Source: Vicugna vicugna
Taxonomy: Eukaryota
Reading direction: 5' to 3'
NCBI GenBank assembly: GCA_013265495.1
Contig: MU058844.1
Coordinates: 186,001 to 250,000, forward strand
DNA: 64,000 bases
Positions 1 to 11,819 of the stretch are shown in pieces. A program made the position numbers and the translations under genes. Every line of letters starts with the position of its first letter. Within the stretch, counting starts at the first letter, position 1. The notes below the pieces were generated by a model. The model was not told where the DNA came from. It did not search any database and worked only from the letters and a program-made list of their open reading frames with translations.

Positions 1-584
1 GGAAAATAAACAGAAAATCCATTCATTTTTTTCTTTCTTTCATTTACTCAACAAATTTTACTGAATGCTTGTGGTAGAGGACTATGTGTTCTCCCAACAA
101 ACCCATTTTGTTTTCCTCCTGAGATACCATTTCCCAGGCTCACTTGAAAGTAGGTGTGTCTAACACAGACGACCAACAGGCACATGAAAAGATGCTCAAT
201 ACCACTAATTACTAGAGAAATGCAAGTCAAAACTACCATGAGGTATCACCTCCCACCAGTCAGAAGGGCCATCATTAAAAAGTCTACAAATAATAAATGC
301 CAAAGAAGGTATGGAGAAAAAGGAACCTTCCTACACTGTTGGTGAGAATGTAAATTGGTGCAGCCGCTATGGAGGACAGTATGGAGGTTCCGTAAAAAAC
401 ACTAAAAACCGAGTTACCATATGATCTAGCAATCCTACTCCTGGACATGAAGCCAGAGAAAACTGATTTGAAAAGATACATGCACCCCAATGTTCACAGC
501 AGCACTATTTACAACATCCAAGACATGGAAACAACCTAAATGTCCATCAACAGATGAATGGATAAAGATGTGGTATGCGTGTGT

Positions 585-586
<2 letters not shown>

Positions 587-618
<32 letters not shown>
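587..618. repeat. (AC)16 microsatellite inside L1
   Basis: Read directly from the sequence; preceded by a short (GT) run. Confidence 0.97.
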
Positions 619-621
<3 letters not shown>

Positions 622-980
622 GGAATACTACTCGGCCATAAAAAGGACTGAAATAAGGCCATTTGCAGCAACATGGATGGACCTAGAAATGACCATACTA
701 TGTGAAGTAAGTCAGAAAAAGAAACACAAATACCATACGATACCACTTACATGTGAAATATAAAATATAACACAAATGAACTTATTTATGAAACAAAACA
801 GACTCACAGACATAGAAAACAAACTTATGGTTACCAAAGAGGAAAGGTGGTGGGGGAGGGATAAATTAGGAGTTTGGGATTAGCAGATATAAACTACTAT
901 GGATAAAATGGACAAACAACAAGGACCACACAACAAATTACATTCAATATCCTATAATAAACCATAATGGAAAAGAATAA

Positions 981-1004
981 GATAGATAGATAGATAGATA
1001 GATA
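981..1004. repeat. (GATA)6 microsatellite in L1 3' UTR
   Basis: Read directly from the sequence. Confidence 0.95.
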
Positions 1005-1424
1005 CATATCTGAATCACTTTACTGTACATCAGAAACTAACACAACATTGTAAGTCAACTATACTTTAATAAAATTTTTAAAAAAGAAAGTATGTGCATC
1101 TATGGAATTGCACTTGGCCAGTAGGATGTGTGTGGAAGTGATATGCATCATCTCCAGCATGGCCCATAAAGCCTCCTGTGCAATCCTCATGCTTGCGCTC
1201 TTCCCTCACCTGTCAGCCAGAGACAGACAATCTAGGGAAGGATTCCATGGTCTTAGGGAATGGCAGGCCCATGAGATAAAGGAAGTCTGGGTCACTGAAT
1301 GTGTCTGCATGGAGCAGAGCCCTCCTTTCTCCTGTAGGAAATAACAAGTGAAACCACTAGATTTGGGGGTTCTTTGTTTCAGCAGATAGCTTATTCTGAC
1401 TGTGCAGTGGTTGATACATATTAT

Positions 1425-1600
1425 CACCTTTCACCCTCTCGACCACCTAAATAGTATATATTACTTTTTATATTTCACTAATGAAGAAATTGAGTGTCAA
1501 AGAAGGGAAGTAATTTGCTCACAGCTTCAAGTGTCACAGGCAAGATTTGAACCTGTGAATCCCTAACTCCAGAGTCCATCTTATTTATTCTTTACCACAC
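1425..1600 (-). mobile_element. MIR SINE remnant
   Basis: Reverse MIR core: atgaagaaattgagtgtcaaagaagggaagtaatttgctc...gatttgaacc...aactccagagtcc. Confidence 0.7.
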
Positions 1601-1782
1601 GGTTGCTACCCAGCCCCCTTGACACCTCCTTCCTGGGTACATTTATTTGTTGCTAACAGTTTCTGCAGGTGCTGCTCCTGCAAAAACTTGTTACTAAGAA
1701 GCAGTGCAAGGTATGGCAGGTGGGCCTTTCTAGAAGCCATCGGCAAGGGACAGCTAGAACCTAGCTTTGCTACAACCAAGTA

Positions 1783-2846
1783 CAGCAGTCCCCCCTTACC
1801 CAAGAGGGATTTGTCCAAGACCCCCAGTAGACGCCTGAAACCGCAGGTAGTACTGCATATGCTATGTTTTTTCTATAAGTATGATGAAGTTTAACTTATA
1901 AATTAGGCACAGTATGAGATTAACAGCAATAACTAATAATAAAATAGAAAAATTACAATATACTGTAATAAAAGTTATGTGAATGTGGTCCCTCTCCTTA
2001 ATCAACCTCTTGAACTCCACTGAAAATGTGGCAGCAGCTTCTTTATGAACAGACTCAGCCTCTCCAGCAATCTTTGTATTTTTCAGTCCAAAGCTATTCC
2101 TGAATCTGTGTAACCATCCTTTACTTGCAGTAAATGGCTTGGTGTCACTTGCTTCAGGAGATCCCTTGCTGAATTCCTCATATAGACTCAATGCTTTCTG
2201 GCATATGTTGCCATCAACTCGAACACATTTCCTGTTCATGTTTTCTACCCACAAATTTAATGCCTTTTCCATTTTATCACTAAGTACTTAAAACACGCTG
2301 TGGTCATACTTTTGCTGTTTGAGGTGCTACAGCAAAACTAGCACAAATTTCTTTTCCCTTCTTCATAATTGCACAGATCAAAGAAGATTAATTCTTACCG
2401 CAGATCTTAGCAACCTCAGCATACAACTTTTGTTCTTTCCTCATTAAGCCAAGAACTTTCACCTTTTCACTTAAAGGAAGCACTTTATGGTTTCTCTTTG
2501 GCATATCTGAGTATTGCCGGCATCGCTACTCTTGCGTTCAGGGGACACTATTAAGTAAAATAAGAGTTACCTGCAAATAAGCACTGTGATACCGAAAAAT
2601 GAATCTGAAAACTGAGGTGTCTACCAACAGGTGGGATGCGCTGGACAAAGGGATCATTCACATCCTGGATGGGACAGAGCAGGACAGCCGAGATTTCATC
2701 ATGCTACTCAGAACAGCATGTAATTTAAAACTTATGAATTGTTTATTTCTAGAATTTTCCATTTACTATTTTTGGACCATAGTTGGCTGTAGGTAACTGA
2801 AACCATGGAAAGCAAAGCCGCAGATTTGGGGGAGGGGGGACTACAA
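1783..2846 (-). mobile_element. TcMar-Tigger DNA transposon deletion derivative (MER44/Tigger7-like)
   Basis: Terminal inverted repeats CAGCAGTCCCCCC and GGGGGGACTACAA are each flanked by TA. An internal transposase remnant lies on the - strand. Confidence 0.9.
1995..2272 (-). pseudogene. Tigger transposase fragment (CENP-B-type HTH DNA-binding region)
   Basis: ORF 1862..2272 begins MEKALNLWVENMNRK...QKALSLYEEF...FTASKGWLHRFRNSFGLKNTKIAGEAES, the pogo/Tigger/CENP-B HTH signature (F-x-A-S-x-G-W-L-x-R-F). No DDE domain is present. Confidence 0.85.
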
Positions 2847-3659
2847 TATAGTTGTAGATCTGACTCAATTGGCCTGTGAACAGTAGAAGATTAAAGCTCC
2901 CACTAAGACCAAATAATCAGAAATACCAATAACATGCTCTAGGGAATAATCAGGTGATGACTCTACCACTAATTTTCCCTTAAAAGAGTCAATCTGACAT
3001 CATTAAGAGTGACATTTAAATGCTAATTGAAAAAGCAGTGTTCCCCTGTCTCTAGACAAGTATTTGCATGTTAATTAATTCTGAGAATAAGAAGACCCAG
3101 CTTCCAATATGAGGCATCAAAAAGAGACAGAGTTCCTTTGCAGAGGAAGATAAAAGGCTGTGGCAAAGACATAATTAAATTACCTGGTTTCAAGAGTTTT
3201 AATTCATTTGCAATGCAAATTCATATTGCCTCTTTTGTGAAGAGTGTATTTTAATGAAAGGACCAAAATACAGATTTCCAACATCAATGCCCTTTTAATG
3301 CAATGCCCTTCAAGACAGATCAAAATGGCTTTTACCAGAATGGTGCCTAATGAGCTCACAAAGGCTGTCAATAGTGCCCTAAACAGAAGACAGCAGCCCA
3401 GTGCCCTAAAGCCAGTACACCATAAGCACACTCTATGCTGCCACAAAGAACATCACCTTGAATTTTTAAACAGCAAACCATTTCTCTTTAAAGGCATTAT
3501 GCAAATTAGTACGAACCCAAAAATCAGAGACTCAGAAAGATGTTAGGCTGACTATTTTATAAATTAGGTAACCTCAAAAGATGATAATTTTAATAAACAG
3601 TACATTCAACTTGCTATACTTAAACCACACTTACTAGCATTATAATTTGTATTGTGTAA

Positions 3660-3870
3660 TTTTTACTGTTTGCAATACTTTTTTTCATATGTAATCTCAT
3701 CTTAGCTCTGTGAGATATATGATATAAATGTGCCCATTATACAGATGAGAAAATTAAGGTTCAGAGAGAGTACGTGAATTAACCAAGATCACAGAGGTAA
3801 AGAATATTGGGGCCAGGACCAGAACCAGGCTTCTGGCTCTAATTTCAATGATCTTCCCACTCTATTATAT
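3660..3870 (-). mobile_element. MIR SINE remnant
   Basis: cccattatacagatgagaaaattaaggttcagagag...ccaagatcacag, the reverse MIR core. Confidence 0.8.
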
Positions 3871-4084
3871 TCTCTTTCTTCTATTATATCTAGTGGCTGA
3901 CAGTCCCTGCTACCAAGCACATTACTACTATGATATTACTAAGTATGCAAAGGACATAAATATTTAGGAATAATCACAGTTTAAACAGGCTAAACAAGGT
4001 TTTCTCATTTCATTCCTTTGCAAAGGCCCAGTTTAATAACAAAAGTATACTGGTTAATTTGTTTACTGTACAGATTTATATTTT

Positions 4085-4345
4085 GTAAATATACATAATG
4101 AAGAGTTTTTATCTGTAATATACAAAGAACACTTACTAATGAATAAGAAAAAAATTAAAACAGTGATAGAAAATAACAAAAGCCATGAATGGGCTACTCA
4201 TGAAAAAACTACAAGGGGCCAACTGAAAACTTGTTCAGTCTCACTAGATATAAAACTACAAATTGAAAGAACTATGAGTGTTTTTCCCCATCAAATTGAA
4301 AAATACTGAAAAAAAAAAAACACCCACAAATTCTCCAGGTTGGCA
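4085..4345 (+). mobile_element. Highly diverged old L1 (L1M/L1ME-like) fragment
   Basis: A-rich, with degenerate ORF2-end motifs (tatacaaagaacactta...ccatgaatgggctactcatgaaaaa...ttgttcagtctcact). Confidence 0.5.
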
Positions 4346-4424
4346 AAAATGGAAACTTACAAAAATGGAAACTGTGGGTGAAAAGTTTAAAATGAAACAG
4401 TTTGCAGGGAAAGATAAAAGTGCA

Positions 4425-5470
4425 AACTAAAGGAAACCATAAACAAAATGAAAAGACAACCTACAGAATGTGAGAAAATATTTGCAAATGACACAACCGA
4501 CAAGGGACTAATTTCCAAAATATACAAACAGCTCATACAGCTTAATATCAACAAACAAACAAGCAACCTAATCAAAAAATGGGGAGGAGACCTAAATAGA
4601 CATTTCTCCAAAGAAAACATCCAGATGGCCAACAGGCACATGAAAAGATGCTCAACATCACTAACTATTAGAGACTCAACATCACTAATTATTAGAGAAG
4701 TGCAAATCAAAACTACAATGAGTTATCACCTCACACCAGTCAGAATGGCCATCATTAAAAAGTCTACAATGATAAATGCCAGAGAGAGTGCAGAAAAAGG
4801 AACACTCCTATACTGTTGGTGGGAATGTAAACTGGTACAGTTACTATGGAAAACAGTATGGACGATCCTCAAGAAATTTAAAATGTAAATACCATATGAT
4901 CCCATAATCCTAGTTTTGTATATATAAGCTAAAGGGAAAGAAATCACTATCTTAAAAATACATCTGTACTGTCACACTCATTGCACCATTATTCACAATA
5001 GCCAAGGTATGGAAACAACCTAAGTGTCTGTTGACAGATGAATGGATAAATAAAATGTGATACATAGATACAGATATACAGTGGAATATTATTTGGCCTT
5101 AAAAAGAATATTATTTGGCCATATGCAACAACATGAATAAACCTGAAGAGTATTATGCTAAATGAAATAAGTCAGAGAGAGAAAGACAAATACTGCCTGG
5201 TATCATTTATATGTGGACTCTAAAAAAGGTCAAACTCACAGAGAAAGTAGAATGGTGGTTGCTAGGGGCAAGGAGGTAGAAGGAAAGGAGAGGGGTTAGT
5301 AAAAGGGTGGAAACGTTGTTATAAGATGAGTGAGGTCCGAGAATCTAGCGTATCACATACTGACTAGAGTTAATACCGTATTGTAAAATTGAAATTTGAT
5401 ATGCTAACAGAGTAGACCTTAAGTGTTCTCACAAAGGAAAAAAAGAAAGAAAACAGAATTGAAAAAAATT
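4425..5470 (+). mobile_element. 5'-truncated LINE-1 (ORF2 C-terminus and 3' UTR)
   Basis: ORF 4448..4888 reads [29 protein letters not shown]...[13 protein letters not shown]...[17 protein letters not shown]. The 3' UTR ends agagtagaccttaagtgttctcac followed by an A-rich tract. Confidence 0.95.
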
Positions 5471-7479
5471 AAAAATCTTAAACTGTTCTCAGTAATCATT
5501 ATGTTGGTGGTAGTGTTAGCAGTTACATTGAGACTATTGTGTGTATGTTGCAAAATAAAGTAAATGAAGTATTTTTAAAAATGAAAACAGGTGAAACAGA
5601 ACACATGTATACATGATATAACAAAATAAATGCAAGGCAGCACAGCACAACCTACTGGCAATACGCTGGGGAAACAAAGTGAGGTGTGAGGGGTCTAAGG
5701 GAGACGAGGTTAATCAGGGAAGACTTCTTATATAAGGGGCTCTGGTTAAGGCTTAAGGGAAGTGAAGAATAGTAACCAATGGCTTAACATTTCACCCAAT
5801 CTCTGAAAGAGAAAGAATATGAAGGAATCACAAATACATTTGTTGAGACCTTCTGCATATGGGCGAAAGCTTGGAACATACAGATTAACCTGAAGAAATC
5901 AGATTCTTGGTGAATGTGAGATTTAATATTCTGAAGAGCACAGGCGTTGGGCTTTCTGCCTAGGACTAGACAGAAAGGGCAAGAGCTTTGTCTCTGGTTG
6001 TGTACAAGTGAGAGGGAAAGCATCATGGAAATATGCCAAGCCAATTCTGTATCTGTCACTTGCAACTGTGAGTCCTGACACACAGATCTTTAAGCTGAGC
6101 CAGCTGTCTCAGAGAGTCCCCACTGGAAAGTTTCATTCCTGTAGTCACCAATCTTCCTCTACTATGTTCTGGGTACTAGGAAGAGAGGGGTGAATAGAAT
6201 AAGTTCTCTGCCCTCATGGAGCCTTTGGTCTAGAAGGCTTGACTCTCAACCACCCAACAAAGGATAGTTGATTCCAATTATTCTTAAAATAACCATCTTC
6301 TGCGAAGGGGGAATACCAAAGAAAGAGTGAGACACAACCACTTTCCCCAGGACCAGCTGCACCTTGGAGTTAGTTTTAACCTTGACCAGAGGTAGAATGA
6401 GAACTACAAAGAAGTATTAGGAGCTATGATAATTCAATAAAGGGACTGCAGAAGAGCAACAGCCAAAAAAAGTCCCAGAGTGGCCAGAGGCAGCTGACCA
6501 TTCAAATCAGATAATACAGCCCAGTGTGCAACTGCAAAAAAAAGGTATATTGTTAGAGGTGACAACTGAGAGAGTTCTAGCTTTCATTTTAAGCAGAAAA
6601 AGCAGTATCTCTAACTACACTGAGTATTCCCTTATTACATCTGCATTAAAGACTGCACGTTGTTGGCTAAATCATGTGTAGTGAAGGACACCGTAAGGGA
6701 GGGAGAAGAGAGGGGACGATGCAACATATAATGGTCTACCCGCTAAGCTTGGTCCTAGGATCTTAAGTTTTGCTAAGGAAGGCTTGGAGTAAAGGAGTTT
6801 CAAAAATACCTGAGACTTTAGTAACCTGGCTAGTTTAAGCTGTCAGAAGATGGATGAGAAGTGAAACAGGTGGCCATTTGGAGTTTTCTGTAAGATATTT
6901 ACCAGCTCTATCTCAAAAATAAAAGTTGTTTGTATAATGCTATGCTTTCAAATATGAATAATTTTAAAATCTACTAAATGTTCCACAAAAGAGCAATAAA
7001 CCACCTTTTGAAGAATGTCACCATTTCAATCACTTTCAAAATATTTGTTAGTGGTTCTCAAACTAAGCCTCCAAGAATTACTGGTTGGAGTTCCTCAATC
7101 TGAATCAAGATATCCTGCTAAGACGATACACAGCAATCTTTTACTAATTCACAAAAAAGAAGTCGATAGATCAAATATTCTCAAGGTAAAATATTTCTCA
7201 CATATTTTTTTTAAACCCGTGGGACTAATTAATGCTTTTCCTAAAGAATGCTAGAGGAAGATAAGAGACAAAGAATCAAATTTTGTTGAGAAAAAATGAG
7301 AAATAGTTGATCACGCTAAGTCCAACATCTTTTTGTTTCCACTCACATGTGTGACTGGAGCTAACGTAACCCTAGGAGAGCACACCCAGGAGACTGTTCA
7401 CTCCCTCACTCTCTCTAAAGAGGCTCCCCTTTCCCGCCACACAGCTGCACTGCGGTCGCCACTGTAAAGCACAGGGAAA

Positions 7480-7685
7480 TTGGTGTTTACTGGAAAAAGC
7501 ACTGCTCCAGGAATCAGATAACCTGAGGTAAACTTCTTGGATCTTAGTTTCCTTAGTCTCTAAAGTGGAGATAAGCACATTTGCCCTGCCTGCTTCACAT
7601 GGGGCTAAATGGATCAAGCATTTTAGAGGGCAGTATAAACCAGGAAGCGCTGTACAAATAAAAGGCATCATATTTTTACTATTAT
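7480..7685 (+). mobile_element. MIR-family SINE remnant
   Basis: ggaaaaagcactg...cttagtttccttagtctctaaagtggagataa core. Confidence 0.6.
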
Positions 7686-8212
7686 TATTAATCAAATCTT
7701 CATTAAAGACAAAAAAGAAAACCAGTGATTTCCTCTTGATCTCTCTCTGAACATTCAATTTCCAAAATGCCCTTTACTCCCTAAGCAGCAGGCAGTTTGT
7801 GCTAAAATGTTTATCTTCAAGCATAACAAGCTCAAAATCTAGTCAATAATAATTTCAAAAATATTGAGCTTTTTTTTGCTTTCTGCCTTGGACTTGGTCT
7901 ACATCTTATATTTCTGATTTATAACCACACTCAAGATTTAAAATATCCATTCAGCAGTATCTCAGTTTCTGATTAGAGAAATTTGATTCCCTTAAGTTCA
8001 TTTGTCCATGGGGATTTCTTTCCCAAATAATTCAAAAGTGGATGGATGCCGTTTATTAAAACATCTTTATCACATTTACAGAAAGTTGAATTCCATAAAG
8101 ACAATTTCCTCACACATAAGATTGCATCAAAAAACTACTAGGAGCGATAACATGAATTTTTACATATTACAATGACCCCCATTTCACACCTTATAAACAA
8201 AATAATACTAAA

Positions 8213-8248
8213 GTTGTTGTTGTTGTTACTACTACTACTACTACTACT
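8213..8248. repeat. Compound (GTT)n(ACT)n microsatellite
   Basis: gttgttgttgttgttactactactactactactact read directly. Confidence 0.9.
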
Positions 8249-8569
8249 AAATACCACAAAGAATTCTACAATTAGAAAGAAAACTGTTCCAAGGATACCA
8301 AAGATACTTTCGTAGCAGGAAGGTGAATTGCCTGAGCAACTGAGATGCTTAATTAAACTCTACTCCCATGAAAAATTGAAAAGAAAGAAAAAAAATGAAA
8401 AAAAAACAAAAGAGCATAAAGAAATATGATATCTAAAGTTCTGAGGTGACTTTATTTTATTAAGCTCTGTCAATAAATGACTAAGAACTGCCTCCCCTGC
8501 ATGGCCTTTGTCAGCTAAGAACACACCATCCAAGCAGATACACAAACCAGACACTCCAGAGTTACTCTG

Positions 8570-9000
8570 AAGTCCTCATTCACACACTTCCCCACAGCAA
8601 GCCCTGCTCTGCTCCATCCCTAAACATTCCCAGAGTTCTCTCACTTGCCTCCATCCCCATTGTCAGGATCTACACTGGTTTGCATTAGTTGCTGAATATA
8701 CAGCTTTCAAACAGATCTCCCTGCCCGCCCCCGTCTCATCACTTCCAGTTCACTGTTCACAGAGCAGCCAGAGTGAATATTCTTAAGCCAAAAACCTGAT
8801 CATGTCTGATCCCCTGATTAAAATAACTCACCAGGAAAAAAGTCCTAAATCTGCCTAAACTCTTCAAAATCTGAGCCATGCATGCGACCCCAGAGTCATC
8901 TCAGCTGGAGCTGGCTCCTCACGTTGCATTCTGCCTCCTATCAGTGCTGAACTCCTTAAAATTCCCTCAACAAGTCATACTTCTTTTCTGCTTCTGGGCT
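8570..9000 (+). mobile_element. L2 LINE remnant
   Basis: C-rich L2 3' motifs: cacagagcagccagagtga...aaaacctgatcatgtc...cccctgattaaaa. Confidence 0.65.
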
Positions 9001-9229
9001 GTGGGAATGACAGAGCACCCTAAAGAAACAGGGTTTGTTTCTCCCATTTAACAAGGAGGCCATGAGTAAGTGGCAGGAGACACTGGTGAACATGTTGATG
9101 GTTTCAGAGCCAGCGAATTGCTATTCTTTCAGTCTCTCAAGGCCCAGATGGAATCCACAGATGCTGCATTCAAAGACTGGGCATGAAGAAAGTAGGAAGA
9201 GAAACTAGAAAACAAGGTGAGACTAAGAA

Positions 9230-9425
9230 AACAACAATAGCCATGAGTATGTTTACTTTGGGCTAAACACTGTTTCAAGTGCTTTATACTCATTTAACTC
9301 ATTAAAAGCTTTGAGGTAGACATTCTATTCTATTCCTCACTTTTTCAGGGTGTAACTTGCCCAAGGTTCCGTAAATAGGAAGTAGATCTAGGATTCGAAC
9401 CCAGAGTCCATGTTCTGTAACCAGA
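9230..9425 (-). mobile_element. MIR SINE remnant
   Basis: taacttgcccaaggtt...ggattcgaacccag. Confidence 0.8.
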
Positions 9426-10109
9426 CCTACTCGGCCTCCCCCAAATAAACAAAAATGGCCAGTCAAATACAGGCTACATGGGAGGGAACTGGGAGCTCTC
9501 TCCTCAGCCTCGGGTTGGAACTCACCCACGTGTCATCACTGAGGTGCTGCAGGGGGACCCTGGGGTCCCCTTGGCCACAAGGTCTGGGCACTGGGAGCAC
9601 AGCCTGGGATCATAGTTACACATATACACACTAATCAAACATTGCCTGTGCAAAAAAGCAAAAAGATGATTGTCTTCCCAATTTTATTTTTTTGCCTTTA
9701 AAACAATCTTTTTTCAAAGGAGAGGCTGGACAAAAAGAAAAAAATAAAGAGAATTTCTAAACCTGAATCCAAAATGCTAATTAGAATTAGAAGAAATATA
9801 TATTTGTTATTCACAAGACTCTCATTATTTCAGGTTCAAAAATTCAAAATGAGAGAAGCAGTTTATCCACATTTATAAAACAATACACGCCTTGACTTAC
9901 AGCCCCTGTAAGTGAGCTGTGAATTTGCCCTTTTCCTGTCAGCAGATTTTTTTTTTTTAATAGAGAGGAAAAAAAGTTTCTGCTCATTTTTTTCTCTTGG
10001 GTCACCACAAGTTCACACCAATGTCTCAGAACTTAAAGCCACAGGAGAAAAATATGGTCATTCCAGAAATACAGTACCAGGGCCTTCCAAGTCAGAGAGG
10101 CTGCCTGAC

Positions 10110-10270
10110 AGTGCAGAGAAAGGTCGGGTTTAGAAGTCAACTCAGCCCTTGACAGCACCTTCTATTTGCCCTGTGGCCTGAGTCTCAGCTTCCTCATCTG
10201 AAAAGGAGAAAAAGGCCCACCTTGTGGAGCTGTCAGGGAGAAGAAAGGAGTTGTGAAGTCCTAGCACAGC
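10110..10270 (+). mobile_element. MIR SINE remnant
   Basis: ctgtggcctgagtctcagcttcctcatctgaaaagg core. Confidence 0.65.
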
Positions 10271-10331
10271 ATCACATTCAAGGCAACATTACTGCCATTC
10301 TCCAAGCAGTGTAGGGTCCACAATGGCTTAC

Positions 10332-10370
10332 CTTTCAGCTACCGATACTCCAATTGGTGAAAGCAAACAT
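10332..10370 (-). other. Candidate 39-nt exon of an unidentified - strand gene
   Basis: The - strand reads gatttgctttccctcag|ATGTTTGCTTTCACCAATTGGAGTATCGGTAGCTGAAAG|gtaagc, with a good acceptor and a consensus donor, in non-repeat sequence. Confidence 0.4.
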
Positions 10371-10899
10371 CTGAGGGAAAGCAAATCTCACTCACATGCT
10401 GCTCACCACTAATAAACTAGACCAGCACAGCCCTGGACTCCCAACAGGAAAGTGATTCTTGGGTTTCTCTTTGTTTGGTCTGGTTTGTTTGTTTGTTTTG
10501 TTGGAGTTTTTTTGGGGGGCGGGGGGGTTGTGTGTGCGTTTTTTTCAGCTTTCGTGTCCTTTACTGTATTTTAGCACTTAGGAAGGGATACATTTAAAAA
10601 GTGAAAATATCGCATCAATTCAAATAAGAAACACTATATATGTGTAGAGGTATGACATTTTATCTGGAAGGGACCATAAAAAACCGAGTCATGGCACTTC
10701 CTCTGGATTGGGAGACTAAGGGACTGGGGACAGGAGCAGAAAGGAGACCTTCAGCATTTGTAACTTGTGCATGTTAACAGCTCAAAATACGTGAAATGTT
10801 AAATATTGATACACAGCATTAAATAAAGGTCTATGTATCATTTAAAGTCCAGTTCAGCTTCTGCCTTGACTCAATCAAACCCTTGAGCGTCAAGCCCTA

Positions 10900-11140
10900 T
10901 GGCCATAAGGACATCACTGACCTCGTGACTCTCCTGGCTGCCCTTCCCTTTCTCCAAATGTCCACTGCTCTCATCTCATATCCAGCTCCCAATCACATCT
11001 AACGCAGCTGCAAACTGGTTCAAGAATGTCAAGCATCAATATACTGCCAAATCCCTTAAAGGCAAGGAACAAGTCCTCTGTTTCTTTACTGCACTCAGCC
11101 TCATCCCAGAAATGGTGGCAATAAGTATTTATTGATAAAC
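10900..11140 (+). mobile_element. L2 3' end remnant
   Basis: cccttaaaggcaaggaacaagtcctctgtt...tcccag...tggcaataagtatttattga. Confidence 0.55.
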
Positions 11141-11819
11141 CACCAGCTGGCATAACTCAGAAAGCAGCAATTATAACTGATCACACTAGCTGCAGCTTAT
11201 CTTTATTCAGAATATATCATGATGGGCACAGAAGAAGCAGACCATCATTTTTAAAGACAATGAATCCTTTCTTGAATTTAAAAAAAGGCTTCAAGTCACT
11301 AACCTTTTCAAATTTATCTTAAGCTTATTGGGCTTTTATTTTCTGCTGAGCTAGAGCTTAGTTTTAGGTTTTTATTGCAGTAGGGTAGTGTTTCCTTTAA
11401 TGTTATGGAGAAACAAAGCACGGAAGATGGCAGGAAAGCAAAGTCCATCCTCCAAAAAGACACCACAGTTTGAATTCACAGTTTTCATCTGCCTCTCCTT
11501 CATACTAGAGCACGGGCAGAATTTTTCTGAAAATCAGCAAGAAATTCATCAGGGCCCAACGCATACTGAGAACCAGAGAATTAAAATTAGGAAAATTACT
11601 GAGAATTTTCTCTCCATTCCTATTTGTCACAAAATGAAACTAGGGCCCATAGGAACAATTTGGTGACATAGTGATTTTTGCTGAAAATATGGCAGAGTCC
11701 ATGCAATCTAATGGTGCTATCATGGAAGTCTGAGCTTCTTAAAAAAGCTGTAGAAAGTCAAGATGAGCTGCATCCTACAGGAGCGGTTCAAGTTTGCCAG
11801 GGAAGGGGACAATCCAGGT

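Larger units (their letters stand above)
163..1085 (+). mobile_element. 5'-truncated LINE-1 (ORF2 C-terminus remnant, 3' UTR and A tail)
   Basis: ORF 154..345 reads [26 protein letters not shown]...GTFLHCW and ORF 575..763 reads MEYYSAIKR..PFAATWMDLE, both L1 ORF2 C-terminal motifs. The tail is cacaacattgtaagtcaactatactttaataaaa. A 17-bp imperfect TSD lies at 146-162 and 1086-1102. Confidence 0.95.
70..1406 (+). mobile_element. ERVL-MaLR solo LTR (old MLT1I/J-like), split by an L1 insertion
   Basis: Starts TGTGG at 70 and has catttcccagg...cttg. It resumes after 1102 with ggccagtaggatgtgtgtggaagtgat and ends with the MLT1-type ccactagatttgggggttctttgtt...ctgactgtgca. Confidence 0.7.

Noticed and set aside
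4448..4888. 146-aa ORF as a host gene
   Set aside because: It is a fragment of L1 ORF2 in a 5'-truncated element; the antisense ORFs over it are by-products.
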